IMG/VR virus record: IMGVR_UViG_3300020045_006727
Location: 1 to 42,165 of that record
Direction: 5' to 3' (one strand)
From: a virus
Taxonomy: Duplodnaviria > Caudoviricetes
DNA length: 42,165 nucleotides
Shown: one piece after another, positions 7,861 to 16,439 of the stretch
Layout of the letters: each line of letters starts with the position of its first letter
Position numbering within the stretch: the stretch's first letter is position 1
Made by a program: the position numbers and the translations under genes
The notes under the pieces: generated by a model
The model's input: the letters and a program-made list of their open reading frames with translations, nothing else
Databases searched by the model: none
What the model was told of the DNA's origin: nothing

Positions 7861-8765
7861 GCGATATACCAACCACAGGTTTCTACTACGACGTAGCAAA
7901 ACACGCCTACTACTACAACGGCAAGCTTATGACCGGAATGACTACGATACTCGGTGTGTTGAATAAACCTGCGTTTGTACCGTGGGCGGCGAGGATGGCG
8001 GTTGAGTATATTGAAAAAAATGGAAGCCCAGAATGGGACGGAGACATAAACGATGATGACAAGACATTAGAGGGCTACAGTGTCTCACTACAGGTCTTAG
8101 AAGAAGCAAAGTCAGCACACGCTAAAAAGCGTGACGAGGGTGCAGAGAAAGGAACAAACACGCACGCACTGGTTGAGGAGTATGTGAAGGAATGTATCGC
8201 GACCAATGACGGATTCAGCAAACCCGAACTTATGCTCACCGCAGACAGCAACTTGCACGCGTTCATTAAGTGGGGTTCGGATAACGAGATAAAGTTTCTC
8301 GCCTCTGAACAGCAAGTCTACAGTAAATCACTCTTCGTAGCTGGAACGTTCGATCTCCTCTTCGAGAAAGAAGGCAAACGTTACATTGGTGATATTAAGA
8401 CCTACAAAAAGATATGGGACAGAGTGCCGTTTTACCAATGTGCTGGATATGCGTACTTGTGGGAGGAGATGAACGGAAAAAAATATATAGGAGAAATAGT
8501 AAGAGTGGGTGATTGTCCAAACCACAGGCAGACACTGTGTACTTGTGTTTGGGGATCGGAAGGAATCTCAAAAGGAATCGCCCTACAAAGTAACAGTATA
8601 GACGGCTACTGCATCGTTAACCTCCCCAAAGAGCGTGAGTTTAATCCAGAGGAAGACGTTATGTGGAGTTGGGACACAGCCGGAGATACTAAGGCTTTCT
8701 TAGCGTGTGTAGAGATATACAGACAAAATGCGAGATTCGTTACACCTAAAAATAAAAAACCATGA
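7857..8765 (+). CDS. PD-(D/E)XK (RecB/Cas4-like) phage exonuclease
   Basis: TTILGVLNKPAF.PWA, GTNTH, AGTFD, GDIKT, YQCAGYA. Confidence 0.85.
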   Translation: MSDIPTTGFYYDVAKHAYYYNGKLMTGMTTILGVLNKPAFVPWAARMAVEYIEKNGSPEWDGDINDDDKTLEGYSVSLQVLEEAKSAHAKKRDEGAEKGTNTHALVEEYVKECIATNDGFSKPELMLTADSNLHAFIKWGSDNEIKFLASEQQVYSKSLFVAGTFDLLFEKEGKRYIGDIKTYKKIWDRVPFYQCAGYAYLWEEMNGKKYIGEIVRVGDCPNHRQTLCTCVWGSEGISKGIALQSNSIDGYCIVNLPKEREFNPEEDVMWSWDTAGDTKAFLACVEIYRQNARFVTPKNKKP

Positions 8766-9148
8766 CAAAACTAACCATTACAAGACTTGGTGAACCGAAA
8801 GAAATAGGCTATGTCGATAAGAAAGACGGGATAAAAAAATACTTCAAAAAAGTTGGTTTCCAAACACAAGAGTATGGAGACCGGTGGTTTGACTTTGCTT
8901 TCCGCGGAGAGCATGGACTTACCGTAGGAACGTCAAAAGAATTCGAGATGAGCGAACGTCAATACAACGGAAAAACGTACTACGATGCGAAACTCCCTAG
9001 ACAATCAAAAGGAGGACTGAGTGAAGACGACAAAGAAATATTGCTTAACATTCAAACAGGCATCGCATTACTTCGTAACGATATCCAAGCGTTGCGTAAC
9101 GACATTGTTAGTCGTGAAGAAGAACCGCCGGTTGGCTCACCCTTCTAG
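8762..9148 (+). CDS. Putative single-stranded DNA-binding protein
   Basis: Follows the exonuclease; beta-rich N-terminus and acidic tail ending in ...PF. Confidence 0.55.
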   Translation: MTKLTITRLGEPKEIGYVDKKDGIKKYFKKVGFQTQEYGDRWFDFAFRGEHGLTVGTSKEFEMSERQYNGKTYYDAKLPRQSKGGLSEDDKEILLNIQTGIALLRNDIQALRNDIVSREEEPPVGSPF

Positions 9149-9149
9149 T

Positions 9150-9215
9150 ATGCACCTCTCCCCACAAGAAACCGTCATCATAGACTACCTCAATGACGGT
9201 GCATGGCACGTATGA
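9150..9215 (+). pseudogene. Remnant N-terminus of the 9709 gene, truncated by an HNH-AP2 insertion
   Basis: MHLSPQETVIIDYLNDGAWH aligns with MKLSPQKRVIFDLHSDYEWH. Confidence 0.7.
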
Positions 9216-9712
9216 AAGAAATACAAATAGGGGGCCATTATAAGACTAACGGGAAGAGATGTATTAGTGGTTTTGCTTTAGTCGATGATAAAGACTACGA
9301 AGAACTTAATAAATATAGATGGTCTGTGAAGACGGGGGATTATATTTTTCGGTACATTTCAGGAAGCAAAAATCCTAAAAGATATATAACAATGCACCAA
9401 CAAATTATGGGAATTCCATATCCTAATCTTATTGACCACATAGACAGGAACCCATATAACAATCAAAGAAACAATCTGAGAATTGCTGATAGAATCCAAA
9501 ATGGATACAACCGTAAGACCCCATCGTCGAGTAGTTCTGGATTCAAGGGTGTGTACTGGAATAAAATTCGTAAGTCGTGGAGAGCCCATATAAAAGTATC
9601 GCGACGTAACATCCACCTTGGGTATTTCGCTGATAAAAAAGATGCTGCCAGGGCTTATAATAAGGCGGCCTCTAGGTTTCATGGTGCTTTTGCTGTCTTA
9701 AATAAAATATGA
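9212..9712 (+). CDS. HNH-AP2 homing endonuclease
   Basis: ALVDDKDY, IDHIDRNPYNNQRNNLR, SGFKGV...WRAHI...HLGYF...AARAYN...FAVLN. Confidence 0.92.
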   Translation: MKEIQIGGHYKTNGKRCISGFALVDDKDYEELNKYRWSVKTGDYIFRYISGSKNPKRYITMHQQIMGIPYPNLIDHIDRNPYNNQRNNLRIADRIQNGYNRKTPSSSSSGFKGVYWNKIRKSWRAHIKVSRRNIHLGYFADKKDAARAYNKAASRFHGAFAVLNKI

Positions 9713-9999
9713 AACTTTCTCCTCAGAAACGTGTCATTTTCGATCTACACTCTGATTACGAATGGCACTGCTCAACGGCGATAGAGTTTATCAGAGATCA
9801 GAGGAAACGCATCAGTGAAATGATAGCTGATGGGTATCTCTTTGAGAGTGAACCGTGTGATCGGCGGTGTGGCATCAATCACCACGCACGACTCCTCATG
9901 CGCCGGCTAGTCTCTGCACCGAATACACCACCCACTAAAAAGGTAATTATTATTGACCTCCCTAATGGTGAACGAGTGGCACGGTATGAAACCAATTAG
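9709..9999 (+). CDS. Hypothetical HTH-like protein
   Basis: ATGA-coupled; RKRISEM...GY pattern. Confidence 0.6.
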   Translation: MKLSPQKRVIFDLHSDYEWHCSTAIEFIRDQRKRISEMIADGYLFESEPCDRRCGINHHARLLMRRLVSAPNTPPTKKVIIIDLPNGERVARYETN

Positions 10000-10291
10000 T
10001 GACCTCTTTGGGAATAAATCAAAACCACAGCCACGCACACGAAGAACTGAACGAGGAGACCTACTAGAGTACCTTTGCTCTGTCATTAACCCGAGCCGCA
10101 TAGAAACCGGCTACAATCCAATTTCCATAAAGCGCATGGCATTTCTTCTCCAAAAAATACCCACTAAAGACTTGTACTACATGAAAAGTATAGCTCTCGA
10201 TAAACAACGCACAGGTGGTAACTTCTCTAAATGGTTCTGGTGGTCTTTAAAACCAAAACAAGAACACAAAGACATAACTACCTCTGATTAA
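9986..10291 (+). CDS. Hypothetical protein next to the putative origin (possible replication factor)
   Basis: ATG 9986; basic, ends with FSKWFWWSLK; lies just upstream of the structured non-coding region. Confidence 0.6.
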   Translation: MKPISDLFGNKSKPQPRTRRTERGDLLEYLCSVINPSRIETGYNPISIKRMAFLLQKIPTKDLYYMKSIALDKQRTGGNFSKWFWWSLKPKQEHKDITTSD

Positions 10292-10590
10292 TATTAATGC
10301 TTCTTGATATTGTTGTTGCGCCCCCCTCCCCCAAAATGTTTTAAATTTTGAGTGAGAAGGCGCAGATGCCCCTTTGACTTGTCGGCTGTTTTACGGCACA
10401 CCGAGCCTGCGCTGGAACGGGCTTATTAACGTCCCCCCGTTATACCCCCAGGACAAATACAAAAAACCACTCCGATTAAGAGTGGCTGTTCCTGTACTTT
10501 GTTGCAGCAGCGGACTTAGTTGGAACAAAGCCGACCACTGCCGCAACGAAGGACACGAATGTTTTGCTTTGTTCCACATCTTCATTATAC
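10290..10590 (-). ncRNA. Putative structured antisense RNA / replication-origin element
   Basis: Minus-strand TATAAT (10584-10589), interleaved stems, terminator, further stems, G5AG6 tract and AT palindrome. Confidence 0.5.
10461..10487 (-). terminator. Intrinsic terminator or attenuator
   Basis: Minus strand reads agccactc-ttaatcg-gagtgg-tttttt. Confidence 0.7.
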
Positions 10591-10636
10591 ACTCATCTTC
10601 ATTGCAAATCCACCTACCTGTGGAAAACTTTATAGG

Positions 10637-10969
10637 ATGGCCCCCACACGTACCAGCCAGCAAAATAAGTCCCTCTGGTTATTTTATCAGCTCCTCGCTG
10701 ACTCCTTGAACGCAGCTGGACTCGACATGCGCGTCGTCCTCAAGCCGGAAGTAGACATCCCCTGGAACAAAGACACGGTGCATGACTACCTTTGGATTCC
10801 GATTCAAAAAGCGTACTTGCGTACCGACAGTACAACAAAACTAGGCAAGCACCTGGACATCGAAGAAATACACGCTATCCTCATGCGCCACCTTGGCGAG
10901 AAATTTGGTGTAGAATATATACAATTCCCGAGTATCAATGAAGCGGACACCACTACGGAGAAAGAGTAA
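10637..10969 (+). CDS. NinB/Orf-like recombination protein
   Basis: RTSQQNKSLW...STTKL pattern; adjacent to a NinG-like gene. Confidence 0.65.
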   Translation: MAPTRTSQQNKSLWLFYQLLADSLNAAGLDMRVVLKPEVDIPWNKDTVHDYLWIPIQKAYLRTDSTTKLGKHLDIEEIHAILMRHLGEKFGVEYIQFPSINEADTTTEKE

Positions 10970-11372
10970 AAGTGCCTCGGCCCTTCTCAAAGACAAAATA
11001 CAGGCCCTGGTGCGTGAAATTGTTATGAAGAGGGATGGAGGGTGCGTGTTACGTGAAAAAAGGCACTGTGGGGCAGTTTTGGGCCTTCCAGGGCATGTTT
11101 ATCAGGCTGACCACCTAATAACGAGAGCTCATACCGCCACTTACGCCGACACTGAGCTTATCGTATGCCTGTGTAAACGTTGCCACGGGTGGAAGCACTG
11201 GAACAAAGAAGCCTACGATGTGCTCGTCAAAACCGTTCTGCCAGAACGTCGAGTGAAGCTCTGGGAGCGGTGCGAGAAAGAGCGTCAGCAAGGCGGAACC
11301 CTCTACCGAGGGAGTAACGACTGGCGATTGGTCGTAGCGGCTCTAGAACAAGAGGCAGCATCGTATGTCTGA
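10938..11372 (+). CDS. NinG/Rap-like HNH-fold nuclease
   Basis: MKRTPLRRKS, IVMKRDGGC..., QADHLITR, CLCKRCH. Confidence 0.7.
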   Translation: MKRTPLRRKSKSASALLKDKIQALVREIVMKRDGGCVLREKRHCGAVLGLPGHVYQADHLITRAHTATYADTELIVCLCKRCHGWKHWNKEAYDVLVKTVLPERRVKLWERCEKERQQGGTLYRGSNDWRLVVAALEQEAASYV

Positions 11373-11547
11373 GTCACGAGAAAAGAAAGCACTGTGTCTC
11401 GCCTGTGGAAAACGTGCCATTGAGGTCGAGGGCCTCTGTGGGTCATGTTATCGTTGGGAGGATGAAGAAAAAAATCAAAATACCAACCAAAAAGTATATT
11501 CAGAAGATAGAAATCAACGACAACGAAGTAGAAATCAACTTCTCTAA
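11365..11547 (+). CDS. Small CxxC...CxxC protein
   Basis: CLACG...GLCGSC; overlaps the GT6 start. Confidence 0.45.
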   Translation: MSESREKKALCLACGKRAIEVEGLCGSCYRWEDEEKNQNTNQKVYSEDRNQRQRSRNQLL

Positions 11548-12601
11548 TAAGAAAAAGGTCGCTTTACTCTTTATTTGCGTCAATGAGCGCTACTGGCCGT
11601 ATTTAAAACAAGTCGTCGAAGACTGCCAAAAACACTTCCTTCCGCATCATCTTGTAGACTATTTCCTCTGGACCGACATACCTAAAGAGGACACAGACAC
11701 CTACAAAGCAAGACTCGATCAGCTACTTCCTAACGAGATTTATCAACGGATAATCGCAGACGGTAGCCGCCCAAACGACCAATGGTGGCCCCGCGAGGTA
11801 ATACAAGAAACAGTTAACTTTGTGCGGGGTATCAAAGACGTCACCATTACTGAGACTGAGCCTATCGAGTGGCCTGCCCCGACACTCATGCGCTACCACC
11901 TGTTTCTCCAACAAGAAGAAAAACTCAAAGACTATGACTATGTGTTTTACCTTGATGCCGACATGCGTGTTGTAGATAAGATCAGTGACGAAATACTTGG
12001 TGAAGGACTCACCGCAGCAGAGCATCCAATGTACGCGCTCCGTCCGCAGTACATCCCACCATACGAGCCGAATAAAGACTCAACGGCATACATTAAGCGT
12101 CTTGGCACGGTGGTAGACGACGGTGGGAAGCCACGGTTTAAACCACACTACCTCGCTGGAGGTTTCCAGGGCGGTGTTGCAAAGAACTTTATAGCCGCCA
12201 TGAAGCGAATGAAAGCAAACATAGACATCGACTTTAATAACAACTACACGGCGATATGGAACGACGAAAGCCATTGGAATAAGTACCTCTGGGACTATCG
12301 TGGCCCGCTCACGGTACTCTCCCCTTCATACGTGTACCCGGACTCTCTCATTAACGAGTACTATATACCCGTGTGGGGCAAGGACTACCCGAAAAAGATA
12401 ATTACCCTCACGAAACCATTCTCGCTCTCGAAGCAAGCCGGGAGCGAACTCAATCAATTCCTTGGTGTAAAAGAAGAAAAGAAATTCCAATGCCCTCACT
12501 GCCTCGACATGTTCGATACACCAGGGATGCGAGTAAACCGGGTCGTGCAGTGTCCAGGGAAAGGACAGGCCCACCAGCTCGACATGACTAAAACCTCATG
12601 A
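11462..12601 (+). CDS. GT6 family glycosyltransferase (ABO-like alpha-1,3-Gal/GalNAc transferase) with C-terminal Cys/His motif
   Basis: WPAPTLMRY, YLDADM (DXD), YLAGGFQGG, AIWNDESHWNKYL, LSPSY. Confidence 0.9.
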   Translation: MKKKIKIPTKKYIQKIEINDNEVEINFSNKKKVALLFICVNERYWPYLKQVVEDCQKHFLPHHLVDYFLWTDIPKEDTDTYKARLDQLLPNEIYQRIIADGSRPNDQWWPREVIQETVNFVRGIKDVTITETEPIEWPAPTLMRYHLFLQQEEKLKDYDYVFYLDADMRVVDKISDEILGEGLTAAEHPMYALRPQYIPPYEPNKDSTAYIKRLGTVVDDGGKPRFKPHYLAGGFQGGVAKNFIAAMKRMKANIDIDFNNNYTAIWNDESHWNKYLWDYRGPLTVLSPSYVYPDSLINEYYIPVWGKDYPKKIITLTKPFSLSKQAGSELNQFLGVKEEKKFQCPHCLDMFDTPGMRVNRVVQCPGKGQAHQLDMTKTS

Positions 12602-13278
12602 TGGTTTCGATCATCATCCCCGTTTGGAATCAAGCACAATACCTTGCAGAAGCTATAGAGTCGGCACTCGCGCAGACGCACCCCGACAAAGAAATAATAG
12701 TCATTGACGACGGGAGCCCCGATAAAGCTGCTGAGATAGCGGCGCAATACCCTGTCCGGCTCGTTAGGCAAAGAAACAAAGGGCTTGCTTCGGCCCGGAA
12801 CACAGGAATCATGTGGGCCTATGGGGAGTACGTTTTGCCACTTGATTCTGACGACATACTTAAACCGGAATGCGTAGAGCGCATAGTTTCCGTTGCACGT
12901 GAAACGAACGCCGACATAATCGCTCCGTCTATCGAGTGTTTTGGAATTGCAGAGCAAGCAACTATTCTTATGCCGGCCCCGACTATAGAAGACTTTAAAG
13001 GCGGAAACAGAATAGCGTATTGTTCAGCAGTGAAACGTAGTGTACTTCTCGAGGTTGGTGGGTATTCACCTCGGTATGACGCATTAGGCGGCTGGGAAGA
13101 TCTGGCATTGTGGTACGACCTCCTTACACGAGGCAGAAGGATAGTCACCATTCCCGAGCCGTTGGTACGCTACCGTGTGAAAGAGAAGTCTATGTGGCGT
13201 GACGCGGAAAAAAATAAAGAAGCACTCTGGGAACAAATTATTAAAGACTTCCCCCATGTTGCCCACCACAAAAGTTAG
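12598..13278 (+). CDS. GT2 family glycosyltransferase
   Basis: VSIIIP..N, IDDGSPD, GLASARNTG, LDSDD, WEDLALW. Confidence 0.92.
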   Translation: MMVSIIIPVWNQAQYLAEAIESALAQTHPDKEIIVIDDGSPDKAAEIAAQYPVRLVRQRNKGLASARNTGIMWAYGEYVLPLDSDDILKPECVERIVSVARETNADIIAPSIECFGIAEQATILMPAPTIEDFKGGNRIAYCSAVKRSVLLEVGGYSPRYDALGGWEDLALWYDLLTRGRRIVTIPEPLVRYRVKEKSMWRDAEKNKEALWEQIIKDFPHVAHHKS

Positions 13279-13861
13279 CCTCGCCGTTCCCTACCACGAC
13301 ACACCACATACCGCGTTTTACCTTGCACGGCTTTTTAAGTCACTCGACGAACAGACATTCAAAGACTACGAAATTGTACTTACAAAAGAAGGAGCGTTCG
13401 CCAGAAACCACAACGCGGCCCTAATTAAATGCCGTGGGGAGATTGTGCAATTTATGGGGATTGACGACTATTTCGCTCATCCCCAGGCATTACAAAATAT
13501 CGTTGATGGGTTTACACAGGATACGGCGTGGCAGATTACCGCATGTCTTCACAATCAAGATGGTGTAGTAGGCTGGCCACACTATCCCTACTGGACTGAC
13601 GATATCTACACCGGGAATAACCGATTAGGGGGCGTTTCGACCCTTTCTGTGCTCCGTGAAAAAGCTATAACCTTCGAAGAACCACTCTCATGGCTCGTCG
13701 ATGTGGATATCTATTACAGACTCTTTTTAAAGTATGGTATACCTAAGTTAGGAACTACTCTTGACATAGTTGTAAACACCACCATGCACCGCACCTCGAA
13801 CACTCTCTCAGACGACATTAAACGGGGAGAGGTCGAGTATCTAACAAAAAAATATGGGTAA
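13256..13861 (+). CDS. GT2-like glycosyltransferase
   Basis: VSLAVPY, SLDEQTFKDYEIV, ARNHNAAL, DDYF, LVDVDIYYRL. Confidence 0.8.
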   Translation: MLPTTKVSLAVPYHDTPHTAFYLARLFKSLDEQTFKDYEIVLTKEGAFARNHNAALIKCRGEIVQFMGIDDYFAHPQALQNIVDGFTQDTAWQITACLHNQDGVVGWPHYPYWTDDIYTGNNRLGGVSTLSVLREKAITFEEPLSWLVDVDIYYRLFLKYGIPKLGTTLDIVVNTTMHRTSNTLSDDIKRGEVEYLTKKYG

Positions 13862-14876
13862 ACGGGTCCTTCTCACTGGTGTGTCAGGAAGTATTGGGTG
13901 TCATTTCTTCGCGCACTTCATGACCAACACAGACTGGCATGTAGTGGGTGTAGACTCGTTCCGGCATAAGGGATGGTATGACCGCCTCCAGGCAATGTTC
14001 GACCATCACCCTGAATGGCGCGAACGGTTTACACTCATTACGCACGACCTCACGGTTCCTTTCTCGCCAATTACAAAAAGAAAGATAGGTGATATTGACT
14101 ACATCATTGCGATGGCGTCGCTTTCTGACGTTGAGGCGAGTATCCAAGATCCGGTTCCTTTTATTCAAAACAACATTAACTTAACACTCAATCTACTTGA
14201 ATATGCTCGAGAAATTAACCCTGAAGTCTTTATCCAAATTTCTACCGACGAAGTTTATGGCGCGGTTGAAACAAAATATGATGATCTCTGCAAGGAATGG
14301 GCGCCAATTGTGCCTTCGAATCCTTACGCAGCTTCTAAAGCTTGTCAGGAGGCCATAGCTATCTCGTACTGGCGAACGTATGGTATTCCACTCGTCATCA
14401 CCAATACGATGAATAACTGGTCTGAGATGCAGAGTGCCTCGAAATTTCCAGTGATTATTCAAAAAGCGTTGATGACAGGGAAAAAGGTCACTATACATGG
14501 CGAGTCGAACGGTCAAATAGGTTCGCGTTCGTACATTCATTCACGTAATTTTGCTGACGCCATATTGTTTATTCTCAAGAATACGACGCCATATAAACAC
14601 CAGCCACTAAAAGCTGATAAGCCAGATCGTTATAATATAGCTGGCGATGTACAGCTAGATAATCTTGAGCTAGCACAACTTATAGCAGACTTAATGGGAA
14701 AGAAACTTGACTATGAAATAAAAGAGTCACACAGTCAACGCCCTGGCCACGACCCACATTACGGTCTCGATATGACCAAATTAAAGAAATTAGGCTGGAC
14801 TGCCCCGGTAGATTTTAAGACTTCCTTAAAGAATGTTATCGAGTGGCAGACCGCTCACCCGGAGTGGATAGAGTAA
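13854..14876 (+). CDS. NDP-glucose 4,6-dehydratase (RmlB-like extended SDR)
   Basis: LLTGVSGSIG, ISTDEVYG, PSNPYAASK, RPGHD..Y. Confidence 0.9.
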   Translation: MGKRVLLTGVSGSIGCHFFAHFMTNTDWHVVGVDSFRHKGWYDRLQAMFDHHPEWRERFTLITHDLTVPFSPITKRKIGDIDYIIAMASLSDVEASIQDPVPFIQNNINLTLNLLEYAREINPEVFIQISTDEVYGAVETKYDDLCKEWAPIVPSNPYAASKACQEAIAISYWRTYGIPLVITNTMNNWSEMQSASKFPVIIQKALMTGKKVTIHGESNGQIGSRSYIHSRNFADAILFILKNTTPYKHQPLKADKPDRYNIAGDVQLDNLELAQLIADLMGKKLDYEIKESHSQRPGHDPHYGLDMTKLKKLGWTAPVDFKTSLKNVIEWQTAHPEWIE

Positions 14877-14877
14877 T

Positions 14878-15477
14878 ATGCTTTCAACGCGAAAAAAAAT
14901 AGGTGGGCTCGGTAACCTCATGTTCAAGCAGGCATTTCTTCTGGGGAAGTTCTTCGATGGTGAGATACCTGACGTGTATCTCCAGGGAGAGAAGTATTGG
15001 GCAAAGCACCGCGAGACCATTAAAAAAGAATTCTCTGACGGCATTGGCAGTACCGACGTGGTGGCACTCCATATACGGCGTGGTGACTATCTCCAAGCGC
15101 ACAACTTCCATGCGAACCTCTGGGAGACTGACTTCTATCAGAAAGCTGTCGCTCTATTTCCTAACGAAAAGTTTCTCGTCTTTTGCAAGGACAACCAAAA
15201 CCCCGAGCAGGATAAGGCAGATCGAGTGTGGTGTCGCGAACATTTGCCGAAACTCCTTGGTGATAGGTTTGAAATGGCCCCCTACGAAGATGAAGAGTGG
15301 GAGGATATGAACCTCATGGCGTCGTGTACGAAAGGAATCATCATGGCGAACAGCTCATTTTCGTGGTGGGCGGCCTATCTCAACCCACACGAGGGAGCGA
15401 AGGTGGTGACTCCTAAGCAGTGGTTCGTCGATGGCGTTCAGCGAACGGAATTACTCGACACATGGATACAACTTTAA
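14878..15477 (+). CDS. GT11 alpha-1,2-fucosyl/deoxyhexosyl-transferase
   Basis: GGLGNLMF, LHIRRGDY, MANSSFSWWAAYL. Confidence 0.9.
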   Translation: MLSTRKKIGGLGNLMFKQAFLLGKFFDGEIPDVYLQGEKYWAKHRETIKKEFSDGIGSTDVVALHIRRGDYLQAHNFHANLWETDFYQKAVALFPNEKFLVFCKDNQNPEQDKADRVWCREHLPKLLGDRFEMAPYEDEEWEDMNLMASCTKGIIMANSSFSWWAAYLNPHEGAKVVTPKQWFVDGVQRTELLDTWIQL

Positions 15478-16439
15478 AAAGAATCTTAGTCACCGGTAGC
15501 GCTGGTCTTGTCGGTTCAGCATGCTTTGATCACTTTACGAAAGCAGGATGGGAAGTGTTAGGCATAGACAACGGCATGCGGCAGTACTTCTTTAACCTCC
15601 CCGAGTACAAAGTCGAAAACAACATTGATATTCGTGACGAGGAAAAGATAAACGAGATTTTCCAGCAATTTAAACCGGATGCAATTATCCATGCGGCGGC
15701 TCAACCAAGCCACGACTGGGCGAAGCATGAACCACTGACTGACTTTGACGTAAACGCCCGAGCCACGCTCGTTCTGCTCGAAGCAACACGGAAGTACACG
15801 CCCGACGCGGTGTTTGTTCACGTGTCTACCGACAAAGTGTACGGCGAGAATATGAGTCGAAGTGACCTTAAAGAAAAGAAAACTCACTACTACCATGAGA
15901 CCCCATTCGATGAAACGGTAGGGCTTGATTATGCGGGGCACCGGTCACTATTTGGGTGTTCAAAGGCTGCTGCGGATATATATGCACAGGAATACGCTGA
16001 CTGGGGACTCAAGGTAGGGATATTCCGCCCTGGGTGTATCACCGGAAAGAATCATAAGGGAGCGGAGTATCACGGGTTCCTCGCGTACATGGCGCAATGT
16101 ATTAAAGAAGGAAAAGTATATCGGATATTCGGCAACGGCAAGAACGTACGCGACCAGATTCACGCCTCTGACCTTGCCTCAGCATTCGCCGCGTTCATTG
16201 AGAAACCGAAACGCGGTGCGGTATACAACATTGGCGGCGGCCCTGGGCGGAGCCTGTCAGTCCTGGAGGCCGGTGAGATGCTTTCTGAAACCATAGGAAA
16301 ACCATTTCTCCACGAGTTCCACCCAGCGCGAATTGGAGATAGACTCTGGGACGTTCACGATGTATCAAAGTTCCGGGCCGATTACCCAGAGTGGGAGTAC
16401 CAATACTCGCTCGCAGATATTATTAAAGACCTTACATGA
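15462..16439 (+). CDS. CDP-paratose 2-epimerase (tyvelose epimerase)-like SDR
   Basis: VTGSAGLVG, HAAAQPSHDWA, STDKVYG, FGCSKAAAD.YAQEY, FRPGCITG, VRDQIH. Confidence 0.8.
   Translation: MDTTLKRILVTGSAGLVGSACFDHFTKAGWEVLGIDNGMRQYFFNLPEYKVENNIDIRDEEKINEIFQQFKPDAIIHAAAQPSHDWAKHEPLTDFDVNARATLVLLEATRKYTPDAVFVHVSTDKVYGENMSRSDLKEKKTHYYHETPFDETVGLDYAGHRSLFGCSKAAADIYAQEYADWGLKVGIFRPGCITGKNHKGAEYHGFLAYMAQCIKEGKVYRIFGNGKNVRDQIHASDLASAFAAFIEKPKRGAVYNIGGGPGRSLSVLEAGEMLSETIGKPFLHEFHPARIGDRLWDVHDVSKFRADYPEWEYQYSLADIIKDLT

Noticed and set aside
7857-8765. Cas4 / CRISPR system
   Set aside because: No repeat-spacer array or other cas genes were seen; the context is exonuclease plus SSB recombination.
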